Assembly: GCA_014879765.1 (NCBI GenBank)
Contig: JACSRL010000420.1
Location: forward strand, 1-32,278
DNA from: Anaerolinea sp.
Lineage (GTDB): Bacteria; Chloroflexota; Anaerolineae; JAAEKA01
Length of the DNA: 32,278 bases
Reading direction: 5' to 3'
Shown here: one piece after another, positions 1-6,344 of the stretch
Numbering within the stretch: position 1 is the stretch's first letter
Layout of the letters: each line of letters starts with the position of its first letter
Program-made: the position numbers and the translations under genes
Notes under the pieces: generated by a model
What the model was told of the DNA's origin: nothing
Database searches by the model: none
The model's input: only the letters and a program-made list of their open reading frames with translations

Positions 1-72
1 TTCAGGACATTGCCGCCACTTGGTATCTCGTTAGCGACCAGACCCAAAGATGTGGGTAATAGTTAGGTCCAG

Positions 73-684
73 CTAGACGTGGAAGTCGTAGATGTTGAAG
101 GCCCGGTAATACTTGTCGTCGTGCAGGCGCTCGAACAGATCCAGGGACGCCCCGGTCTCCAGCGACTGGGTATAGGCGCCGGGAAAGAACAGCACAGTAG
201 AATGATTCTGCGCGGCGCTCTGCAGGTTGTTGAGCAGCGTGTGAGAACGGATGTAGGGAAACACTTCGCCCACGCCGCTGATGAACATGACATCGAAGGA
301 ATGCTGGCGCATCTGACGGACGATGGCCGGAACCAGATGACGCTCCGGGTCCAGCACGTTCTGCAGAAGCTCCAGCAGCTCGGCCTTGGAAGTCGTTTGC
401 TCGACAGCCAGCACCCGCTCCCAGATGTCGCGCGCGTGCAGGATCTCCACCGCCAGGTCGTATAGGTCGATCTTCAACACGTGAATGCTCTGCTGCTCCA
501 GCTTGCGCGCTAGTTGTCCGACCATCTGGGCCATCTCCAACGCGTCTTTGGGTGAGTAGGGGCAGATGAAGAACGGGACTTCGTTGCCCAACCCCTGCAT
601 TTGCAAGAAGCGCTGGCTGGAGATGACCGTGAGGAGGTGCTGGTAGCGTTGCTGCATTGTGAGCGTTTCAGGGTATCCGGTCAT
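73..684 (-). CDS. brxB: BREX protein BrxB (DUF1788 family)
   Basis: Track ORF 73..798 trimmed to ATG 684, which overlaps the brxA stop (ATGA at 681-684). The translation has blocks I recognise from BrxB/DUF1788: FLQMQGLGNEVPFFICPY, ISGVGEVFPYIRSHTLLNNL, KYYRAFNIY. Confidence 0.8.
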   Translation of the reverse strand: MTGYPETLTMQQRYQHLLTVISSQRFLQMQGLGNEVPFFICPYSPKDALEMAQMVGQLARKLEQQSIHVLKIDLYDLAVEILHARDIWERVLAVEQTTSKAELLELLQNVLDPERHLVPAIVRQMRQHSFDVMFISGVGEVFPYIRSHTLLNNLQSAAQNHSTVLFFPGAYTQSLETGASLDLFERLHDDKYYRAFNIYDFHV

Positions 685-1274
685 GATCTTGCTTGGGCGA
701 GCTGCGGCGCAGCCATGGGAAAGATGTCCAGGCAGGCCGCATCGTCCTCCTGGATGGCTGCCGCCGTCTGCGACGACAGGACGACGGGAACGATGCAATG
801 CTCAGCCGTCAGCAGCTCGGCCTCACGCAGCATGCGAAACACGATCTGGCGCAGCTTGGTGCGGGTGGATGGCGTCAGACGCTCCAGCTCGTCGTGCCAT
901 TCGGCCTTGGCGTTGAAAAACAGATCGAAATCCTCCCGGGTGACCGCCAGATCCAGACGCAGCAGCTTTTCCCGCAGCACCTGAACAGCAAAGTCCTGGA
1001 TGAAGCGATAGCGCTTGCAGATCGCCAGCCAGAGCAGGTGGTTCTGCTCCTGGCGCGATCCGCTCAACAGCAGCCGGGTCTGCGGCGGGGTAAGCAGGCG
1101 CAGGCGCGCGATCACCTCGCGCAAGATCCGTTGCGACGCGCTGGCGGTGCGCATCTGCAAAAGGTTGCCGGCCAGAACCTCGCGCTTGACCCTGTCCCAG
1201 TCCGGGGCCTCGCCGGCCAGCCTGGCCACAACCATGCTCTCACGGACCAGGAGCGCCCCCGCGGTGAATGACAT
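681..1274 (-). CDS. brxA: BREX protein BrxA (DUF1819 family)
   Basis: Track ORF 681..1451 trimmed to ATG 1274 (MSFTAGALLV...), giving about 197 aa of helical protein. It sits immediately upstream of brxB with a 4-nt overlap, as in type 1 BREX operons. The call rests on synteny and the general DUF1819 pattern, not on a computed alignment. Confidence 0.65.
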   Translation of the reverse strand: MSFTAGALLVRESMVVARLAGEAPDWDRVKREVLAGNLLQMRTASASQRILREVIARLRLLTPPQTRLLLSGSRQEQNHLLWLAICKRYRFIQDFAVQVLREKLLRLDLAVTREDFDLFFNAKAEWHDELERLTPSTRTKLRQIVFRMLREAELLTAEHCIVPVVLSSQTAAAIQEDDAACLDIFPMAAPQLAQARS

Positions 1275-1602
1275 GTTGTATGGAGCGTCTGCTGTCGCCA
1301 CGCCGTGGTCCTTTCGGTCTTTGCTGCTGCTACAACGCCGATGTCCGTCCGATGGTGTAGCCGGATTGAGGGAGGACTGAGTCCCGCCCGCAACTCCCGG
1401 TCTGACAGACGTGACAGCACGCGCTATTGTACCCGACTTTCGCGTTTGCACACAATGATCCGGCTCAGGTTTTTTGGCTGTAACGGCTCAGCCGGCTGTT
1501 CAGAAACCGGATTTTTCGTGCGTCCATGATTTTCCTCTGCGCAACGGCCTGTCATGGCGCCATGACCTTGGTCTGCGAGACAAAGACCCGGTTTCTAATG
1601 CC

Positions 1603-1632
1603 AAAAAGAAAACTCCCGCTGTATAGCGGGAG
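1603..1632 (-). terminator. Rho-independent terminator downstream of the tRNA
   Basis: Stem CTCCCGC (1613-1619) / GCGGGAG (1626-1632) with a 6-nt loop. On the minus strand it is followed by TTTTCTTTTT (1603-1612). It lies about 55 nt past the tRNA 3' end. Confidence 0.7.
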
Positions 1633-1686
1633 CCATTGGGTGTAGCCGGGTCGAAGAGATCAGACTACGACATATTGTGCCATCTG

Positions 1687-1760
1687 TGGCGACGGGTGGG
1701 CTCGAACCACCGACCTAGGGATTATGAAGCCCTCGCTCTAGCCGCCTGAGCTACGTCGCC
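1687..1760 (-). tRNA. tRNA with anticodon CAU (elongator Met, or lysidine-modified Ile2)
   Basis: The reverse complement folds by hand as a cloverleaf. Acceptor GGCGACG/CGTCGCC, D arm GCTC-AGGCGGCTA-GAGC, anticodon arm AGGGC-TTCATAA-TCCCT (one 31-39 mismatch), variable AGGTC, T arm GGTGG-TTCGAGC-CCACC, discriminator A. G1-C72 is paired, so it is not an initiator. CCA is not encoded. Confidence 0.9.
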
Positions 1761-2045
1761 ATATGTAGTATCTATTGTGTCTATCAACCACTACATGTAG
1801 TGGTCTCTTGGATGAAATGGGACGCCGTAGAAACGATAGGCCCTTGGTCACATTTCGACGCCAAAACTGAGCCTGAAGCAGATTGTACTCGCCTGCTTTC
1901 TTCCTGTCAAACATGTGGTGACACTCCGCTAGGGCTGAAGCCCTGCGGCTTGCGGCGGGCTGGTATTCTGTCATCGTGGTCTGATAGGCAGCAGATGGGT
2001 GAGCATCTTCTTTCCGCTGCGCCCGACATTGGACAGCTTTGCAGC

Positions 2046-2074
2046 TTGACAACTGTCACGTGACGCGTTACAGT
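2046..2074 (+). promoter_or_regulatory. sigma70-type promoter of the higBA cassette with a palindromic operator
   Basis: TTGACA (2046-2051), a 17-nt spacer, then TACAGT (2069-2074). The spacer contains the perfect 10-bp palindrome GTCACGTGAC (2055-2064). The higB ATG at 2081 would make the transcript nearly leaderless. Confidence 0.6.
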
Positions 2075-2080
2075 CATTGC

Positions 2081-2249
2081 ATGATCAAGACGTTTGCCGA
2101 TCGAGAACCGCAACAACTCTACGTCACCGGCAAGTCAAGACGACTGCCGCCGGAACGGCAATACGCCATCTCGATCAACGACCAATGGCGCATCTGCTTT
2201 CGTTTCGTGGCCGGCTGCCTACGATGTTGAGATTGCGGACTATCACTGA
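2081..2249 (+). pseudogene. higB: Decayed HigB/RelE-family toxin (internal deletion plus frameshift)
   Basis: MIKTFADREPQQLYVTGKSRRLPPE matches the HigB N-terminus and then jumps directly to the C-terminal beta strand (NDQWRICFRFV). The canonical HigB end AYDVEIADYH* is readable only in the +1 frame (stop TGA 2247-2249). The middle of the protein, roughly 35-40 aa, is missing. Confidence 0.7.
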
Positions 2250-2261
2250 GGTGTAAGAACG

Positions 2262-2579
2262 ATGGCCATCGCGAACACAGAACCACGACAAATCCCACCG
2301 ACGCATCCGGGCGAGATATTGCGCGAGGACTTCATGCCGGACTACGGATTGACGACCAGTGCGCTGGCTACGGCGTTGGGTGTGTCGCGCCAGACCGTTC
2401 ATGAGCTGTTGCGCGAGGAGCGGGCGATCACGCCGCTGATGGCGCTGCGCCTGTCCCACCTGTTTGGCAACTCGGCTGCGTTCTGGCTCAACGCCCAGCA
2501 GGCCAGGGACCTCTGGGAGTCGGAGCGACACAGCCAGGCGGACCTGATGCGCATACAACCGCTGGCTGTCCCTGCCTAA
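2262..2579 (+). CDS. higA: HigA-family antitoxin (XRE-type HTH)
   Basis: 105 aa. PTHPGEILREDFMPDYGLTTSALATALGVSRQTVHELLREERAITPLMALRLSHLFGNSAAFWLNAQ is the typical HigA addiction-module antidote pattern. It starts 13 nt after the higB remnant. Confidence 0.85.
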   Translation: MAIANTEPRQIPPTHPGEILREDFMPDYGLTTSALATALGVSRQTVHELLREERAITPLMALRLSHLFGNSAAFWLNAQQARDLWESERHSQADLMRIQPLAVPA

Positions 2580-2749
2580 CCAGCATCATCCCTCGAGGGA
2601 GCGTCTGAAGGCGTCACTGGGCCGGCCAAGCGGGGATACCTCTCACCCAGGCTGGCCCACGTCTTGTAGAGTGCAAGCCACTCGACAAACTCCATGCGGT
2701 AGTCGTCCAGCGCGTCGAATTCCCCCCAGGTCGCCGCGCTGCATGGCAT
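2576..2749 (-). pseudogene. Possible frameshifted remnant of a second copy of the small partner protein seen at 3407-3697
   Basis: A 57-codon frame below the track threshold reads ...GEFDALDDYRMEFVEWLALYKTWASL.... Upstream of a G6 run (2723-2728), a neighbouring frame reads KDFRDAMQRGDLGG. Joined, the two resemble the C-terminal half (FVQRYENDELPETLEFAEWIGEY) of the 96-aa protein at 3407-3697. Weak, judged by eye only. Confidence 0.3.
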
Positions 2750-2767
2750 CTCGGAAGTCTTTGGACT

Positions 2768-3001
2768 TCACGCCGTGGTCAAATCCAGTCTCTGGCGACG
2801 CTGGATCTCGCCCAGCTGGATAACCAGGCGCAGCGCCTCGTTCACAGCGGTCTCATCTGGAAAGGCCTTGGCAACGTCGGGATCAAGCAACACGAGATTG
2901 GTGCCTGCCCGATAGCGTTCCACGTACTTGCCGCACACGCCATCCTTCAGGAGTGTCCGCAGGTCATATTGCGGTCTCAATTCGTCGTCCATCTCATCCA
3001 T
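2768..3001 (-). CDS. Small antitoxin-like protein (ELRPxYD...GKY...LDPDVAxxFPD...AVNEALR pattern)
   Basis: 77 aa, the last gene of the minus-strand three-gene cassette. The pattern is that of small BrnA-like/unclassified antitoxin-type proteins as I recall them. No family was computed. Confidence 0.6.
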   Translation of the reverse strand: MDEMDDELRPQYDLRTLLKDGVCGKYVERYRAGTNLVLLDPDVAKAFPDETAVNEALRLVIQLGEIQRRQRLDLTTA

Positions 3002-3027
3002 ATCGTGGTAGAGCGCCGGCGCGCTCC

Positions 3028-3438
3028 TTAGGGGTACTCAACCTTTGTCATGATCTCATCGAGCACTTCAGCGAGGCCGGGAGCAGATGAGGGGACGACT
3101 GCCAGCTCATTGCCCTCGTGTTTGTGGTGTGGATAGGTTGGCAAGTTGAGTTTCTTATGATGGCCGGTGTTGTCGTACCGAAAAACCAGCGATTGTTCGG
3201 CGTCCATATACTGGTAAACGTACGTAAAGCGGTCTACCCCATCTTCCATGTCCACAAACTCGCGCAAATGCAACACGGAGCCATCGACAAAGAAAAGCTC
3301 CCCGCGAATGAAGCCCGTGTGCCGTGTGCGTTTGTCGTAGGTTACGTTCGACGATTGCACAATGGCACAGGCTTCGATCAACTCACCGATCTGCCGAAAG
3401 TAGCTCTCAATGGACAAACTTGATCCCTCGGTAGGCAT
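3028..3438 (-). CDS. DUF6516-like protein (annotated in some databases as TumE-family TA toxin)
   Basis: 136 aa. FVDGSVLHLREFVD...YVYQYMD...LVFRYDNTGHHKKL...PHHKH matches my recollection of the DUF6516 signature (RYDNxxHH...PHHKH). The start overlaps the upstream gene by 32 nt. Confidence 0.65.
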   Translation of the reverse strand: MPTEGSSLSIESYFRQIGELIEACAIVQSSNVTYDKRTRHTGFIRGELFFVDGSVLHLREFVDMEDGVDRFTYVYQYMDAEQSLVFRYDNTGHHKKLNLPTYPHHKHEGNELAVVPSSAPGLAEVLDEIMTKVEYP

Positions 3439-3697
3439 CAGCCTTCTCGCGCAGACGGCTTAACAACCGGTACTCACCGATCCACTCGGCAAACTCCAGT
3501 GTCTCCGGCAGTTCATCATTCTCGTAACGTTGGACAAAGTGCGCGCTGCTCATGCCGTGGGCAGCTTCGTACCCACGGACCTTCTTTTCAGTACGCTGAA
3601 TCGCAGCCTCCAACATGCGCAGCTCGTTGTTCAGCGCAGCTTCCACGAGAGGTTGGAGCGGCCGTTGGGTGGTCGTCGTCAGTGTCAGTCGGTTCAT
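3407..3697 (-). CDS. Small helical partner protein of the DUF6516 gene
   Basis: Track ORF 3407..3715 begins at a TTG. ATG 3697 (MNRLTLTT...) is preceded by AAGGAA at 6-nt spacing. The C-terminal motif ...HFVQRYENDELPETLEFAEWIGEY... is present. Confidence 0.6.
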   Translation of the reverse strand: MNRLTLTTTTQRPLQPLVEAALNNELRMLEAAIQRTEKKVRGYEAAHGMSSAHFVQRYENDELPETLEFAEWIGEYRLLSRLREKADAYRGIKFVH

Positions 3698-3959
3698 CAA
3701 CGGTTCCTTAGCCAAAGTTCTTACAGCTTTACGATGGTCGTCTAGGACACATAGCCTGGCTGTGCCCCTCTTTCCATCGTATCTGGTTAGCAGTGTACCC
3801 CGAAGCGGCGACTACGTCAAGCCGTTTTCGTCCACATCAACGCGTTGTCGCTGTTCTATTGTACGTCGTGCCAGGGGATAAGGAGCATACACGCCCAGCA
3901 AAGGCCGTCCCCGGATCGGTGATCAGGTTCAGGAGACTGGCAGCCAGTCATGCAGAGCG

Positions 3960-4250
3960 CTACCAGGCAACTGGCGCTGCAGCGAATTCCAATTGCACCT
4001 GGCGCCCCAACCGCGCCTCCAGAGTGATCAGCATTTCCAGGCTAAACTTCTCCCACTTGCCGCGCATCAGGTCAGACACGCGCGATTGGGCAATGCCCAA
4101 CTTCTGCGCCGCCTCCGTCTGCGTCATGCCACTGGCCTCGATACGCATGCGCAGGTCGCTCATTAGGTTGGCCCGAATCTGTAGAATCGCTGCTTCGCCA
4201 GGTTCAAACCCAAGATCCGAAAAGACATTCCCGCTGGATTCGTTGATCAT
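3960..4250 (-). CDS. XRE-family HTH antitoxin-type protein (HigA2-like) with no adjacent toxin
   Basis: 96 aa. SGNVFSDLGF...EAAILQIRANLMSDLR...GMTQTEAAQKLGIAQSRVSDLMRGKWEKFSLEMLITLEARLGRQVQLE is the pattern of antitoxins that normally follow a RelE/Gp49-like toxin gene. Confidence 0.75.
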   Translation of the reverse strand: MINESSGNVFSDLGFEPGEAAILQIRANLMSDLRMRIEASGMTQTEAAQKLGIAQSRVSDLMRGKWEKFSLEMLITLEARLGRQVQLEFAAAPVAW

Positions 4251-4251
4251 A

Positions 4252-4359
4252 CTACGCCCGATCGACCGCGTCCCGTTGCGCGTCAGCGTTGCGTAAGATG
4301 CCGGCCTCGTGCAGGCTGTCGACGGCCTGGCCCATGCGATAGCGCAGCAGATCGCCCAT
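4252..4359 (-). pseudogene. Truncated HEPN-fold partner of the MNT gene (HI0074-like N-terminal stub, 35 codons)
   Basis: The unlisted frame MGDLLRYRMGQAVDSLHEAGILRNADAQRDAVDRA* starts 12 nt after the MNT stop. It resembles the first ~35 aa of nucleotidyltransferase-substrate-binding/HEPN proteins (..QRDAVI.RFE..). It ends 1 nt before the XRE gene start at 4250. Confidence 0.35.
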
Positions 4360-4370
4360 ACAACCCTTGT

Positions 4371-4691
4371 TCACAGCGCGACGCCCTCCGCTTGGACATT
4401 GAGGATGATGGGATTGACGCCCATCGGGCCATGCTCTAGCTGCTCACGCGTAACCACCAGGGTCGAGATCACCCGGTCCATCTCCAGGCCCACCTCCCAT
4501 GCCACCTCGCTGATGCGTCGCCGTAGCTGGGGCGTGACACTCTCGAGCTCGATGTAGATGTCCAAGTCGGACTCGGAGTCGGCATCGCCGCGCGCGCGGG
4601 ATCCGTAGACGCGCATGTCCAGAACTGGACTAACGCTTCGCATGCGTTGTTTGAAAGTTGTTGCTACGTCGCGGTCGGCGGCGGATAGCAT
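4371..4691 (-). CDS. Minimal nucleotidyltransferase (MNT-type antitoxin)
   Basis: The Pol-beta NTase signature VYGSRARGDADSESDLDIYI is present. The track start 4715 is a TTG. ATG 4691 has GAGGGA upstream. Confidence 0.8.
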   Translation of the reverse strand: MLSAADRDVATTFKQRMRSVSPVLDMRVYGSRARGDADSESDLDIYIELESVTPQLRRRISEVAWEVGLEMDRVISTLVVTREQLEHGPMGVNPIILNVQAEGVAL

Positions 4692-4832
4692 AGCATCCCT
4701 CGCACCTCGAGCCAAGCCTGCATGTTGTCAGGCAGTTGCGCTGTCACGCCGATCAGCTTGCTCTGACGGGCGCTGGGTCGGGGCAACGACAGTGTGTGTG
4801 TGTAGGCGGGCTGGTTGCAGCCGCCGGCAGAC

Positions 4833-4870
4833 CGGAACCGATTTCTACAGGCTCAACCTGGAGGTTTCGG
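4833..4870 (-). repeat. REP/MITE-like repeat, diverged copy E (reverse orientation)
   Basis: cggaaccgatttctacaggctcaacctggaggtttcgg aligns to the reverse complement of the copies at 9781, 15814 and 23011 with several mismatches. Confidence 0.6.
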
Positions 4871-4888
4871 CCGCGGCCAAGCGGGGCA

Positions 4889-5290
4889 TCAGTCTCTAGC
4901 GAGCGTCGCTTGGAACGTCTCTTTGTAGATGCCAGCCTGCTTGATCAGGAAGTGGATCAGCCGCACCCGTTCTTGCGCCGGCAGCTCGTCGATCACCATG
5001 CGCAGCAGGCGCAGGGCCACCAGTTCGTCCTGGGTGGACTCGTAGAGCGCAGTCCCTGTGGCATCGCGCTGCGGCGTGTCGCGCAGGACCAGCAGGTAAT
5101 CCACGCTCACGTCCAGCGCCTCGGCCAGGCGCAGCACCATGGGCTGGATCTTCACCAGATCGCGTTCGATGCGGGAGATGTAGGAGCCGGACACGCCCAG
5201 CTTCCTGCCCAGCTCGATCTGCTGCAAGCCCAAGCGCTCGCGAGCCTTGCGCAGTCGGCTGCCAGGGGTATCAGGTGTTTCAGTGGTCAT
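4889..5290 (-). CDS. XRE-family HTH regulator (candidate prophage repressor, distal gene of a pair)
   Basis: 133 aa. RLRKARERLGLQQIELGRKLGVSGSYISRIERD is a canonical XRE HTH. It overlaps the upstream repressor-like gene by 11 nt. Confidence 0.75.
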   Translation of the reverse strand: MTTETPDTPGSRLRKARERLGLQQIELGRKLGVSGSYISRIERDLVKIQPMVLRLAEALDVSVDYLLVLRDTPQRDATGTALYESTQDELVALRLLRMVIDELPAQERVRLIHFLIKQAGIYKETFQATLARD

Positions 5291-5771
5291 CGTCGGTGTC
5301 CCAAGATAGGTATAGTGGGCTGTTGGCAGGCGGGTCTGGGCGGTCGGCGCCGCTGCTGGCTTGTGCCGCCGCGCGCTCGGCCGCCATGTGCCGAATGAAG
5401 AGAAGATCGTTCATAAGATGCTGCAAGATCACTTCCTGTTCCTCATCGGGGATGTCACGGACGGCGCGCATGATCTTAGCCATCTCCGCGTTGCGCTCCG
5501 CCAGCAAAGTCAGCAGCTGTTCCTCGTCGGCCAGCCCATAGCGACGGAAAAAGGTCATCGCGCCGGGCTGTGGCTCGTCGGACAGCCCCAGCAGGTAGTC
5601 GGTGGTGGTTTCCAGCGCTTGGGCTAGCCCGCGCACGAAGACCACCGAGGGCGTGCCGCGGTATCTGTTGTTAAGCACGTCGGAGAGGGTGCCGCGGTGG
5701 ACCCGCTCGTTGCCGGCAGTCTGGCGCAGCCGGGCCAACAGTCCAGCACTTGAAAGGCGCTTTTCCTTCAT
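5280..5771 (-). CDS. HTH-type regulator (candidate prophage repressor, proximal gene of a pair)
   Basis: About 163 aa. The degenerate HTH region (LLARLRQTAGNERVHRGTLSDVLNN...GLAQALETTTDYLLGLSD) ends with the DYLLG motif typical of XRE/CI-like proteins. It is divergent from the cro-like gene. The first track codon (5774) is a TTG, and the ATG is at 5771. Confidence 0.6.
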   Translation of the reverse strand: MKEKRLSSAGLLARLRQTAGNERVHRGTLSDVLNNRYRGTPSVVFVRGLAQALETTTDYLLGLSDEPQPGAMTFFRRYGLADEEQLLTLLAERNAEMAKIMRAVRDIPDEEQEVILQHLMNDLLFIRHMAAERAAAQASSGADRPDPPANSPLYLSWDTDDDH

Positions 5772-5874
5772 CAACAGGCGCAGGCGATCAGCCCGAATCT
5801 CGTCTTCAAATCTATTTCAGTTCTACGCCGAAAAATTGGTTGACCAATATGTTTCAGTTGCGCGACAGGGGGTA

Positions 5875-5903
5875 TTGACGGACAAATTCAGCCATGATAT
5901 AGT
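5875..5903 (+). promoter_or_regulatory. sigma70-type promoter for the cro-like gene (early rightward promoter)
   Basis: TTGACG (5875-5880), a 17-nt spacer, then TATAGT (5898-5903). It sits in the relatively AT-rich 180-bp divergent intergenic region. The inverted repeats ATTGGT-TG-ACCAAT (5835-5848) and AGAAC-ATGC-GTTCT (5911-5924) flank it. Confidence 0.6.
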
Positions 5904-5954
5904 TTTCAACAGAACATGCGTTCTAAGAAATCTGACCTCTGCTAAGGAGCCTAT

Positions 5955-6185
5955 ATGCGAAGCGCCCGGATCAAACAGTGGATCGTCACCCACCATCTGA
6001 CGCAGCAAGTGGTGGCAAATCGGATCGGCTACCTGCGCACCTCGGTGAGCCGAGCGCTGGCCCGCGAGCATGTGTCCGGCACTTTTTGGGCCAAGTTCTC
6101 AGAGGCCTTTCCGGAGGCGGCGGTTGAACTGCTGTCTGATCAGCAGGACCAGCCGCCACCCGCTGGCAAGGCGAAAAGCAGATGA
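5955..6185 (+). CDS. Cro-like small HTH protein
   Basis: 76 aa. RBS AAGGAG at 5944-5949. HLTQQVVANRIGYLRTSVSRAL is HTH-like. It is divergent from the repressor pair. Confidence 0.65.
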   Translation: MRSARIKQWIVTHHLTQQVVANRIGYLRTSVSRALAREHVSGTFWAKFSEAFPEAAVELLSDQQDQPPPAGKAKSR

Positions 6186-6292
6186 ACCTGTTATAGCCCA
6201 AACGTTCTATTTCTGCAAATCAGCGCAACCGCGCCTGCCCAACACCCGCCCTACTCTCTGATGTTGCCTGCACACCTAGCCATGACCTGCCA

Positions 6293-6310
6293 CGTAGCGC
6301 CGAAGGCGCA
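6293..6310 (+). promoter_or_regulatory. Conserved hairpin motif, copy 1 (CGTAGCGCC-GAA-GGCGCA)
   Basis: It lies 108 nt after the cro-like stop and 35 nt before ATG 6345. It shares CCACGTAGCGCC...GGCGCA with the copy at 18454. Confidence 0.5.
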
Positions 6311-6344
6311 GTGCGAGCCAAATCCATATCAGGAGGTTCGTACT

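Noticed and set aside
1-72. A possible brxC start: a TTG at 47 on the minus strand, with the frame running off the left edge.
   Set aside because: Only about 15 codons are visible, with no RBS and no recognisable BrxC motif. This is too little sequence to support a feature.
1687-1760. The tRNA as the integration site of the prophage-like element, looked for as a duplicated tRNA 3' segment marking attR.
   Set aside because: By eye I found no second copy of the tRNA 3' half near 4.7-4.9 kb or 25.25-25.56 kb. No integrase gene is present, and the tRNA 3' end faces the BREX side, not the prophage side. It needs a computed repeat search, so it is not claimed.
2576-3001. The 77-aa ORF and the downstream 57-codon frame are in the same reading frame, separated by a single TGA. 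This was considered as programmed readthrough or selenocysteine.
   Set aside because: There is no SECIS-like hairpin after the TGA. The downstream similarity to the partner-protein family requires a frameshift at the G6 run, which fits a decayed remnant better than a recoding event.
3793-4296. A 167-aa + strand ORF spanning the XRE antitoxin locus.
   Set aside because: It is antisense to a well-supported HTH gene, its translation is low-complexity and Arg/Ser-rich, and it has no RBS.
4792-4803. A (GT)6 microsatellite in the gap between the MNT gene and the repressor gene, considered as a phase-variation tract.
   Set aside because: It is short, is not within or immediately upstream of a start codon or promoter that I could define, and there is no evidence of length variation from a single sequence.
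2623-4886. A 13-nt exact repeat, CGGCCAAGCGGGG, at 2623-2635 and 4874-4886, considered as possible att-like direct repeats flanking the TA islet.
   Set aside because: A rough estimate for a 32-kb GC-rich window predicts tens of chance 13-mer matches. There is no extended similarity around either copy and no integrase nearby.
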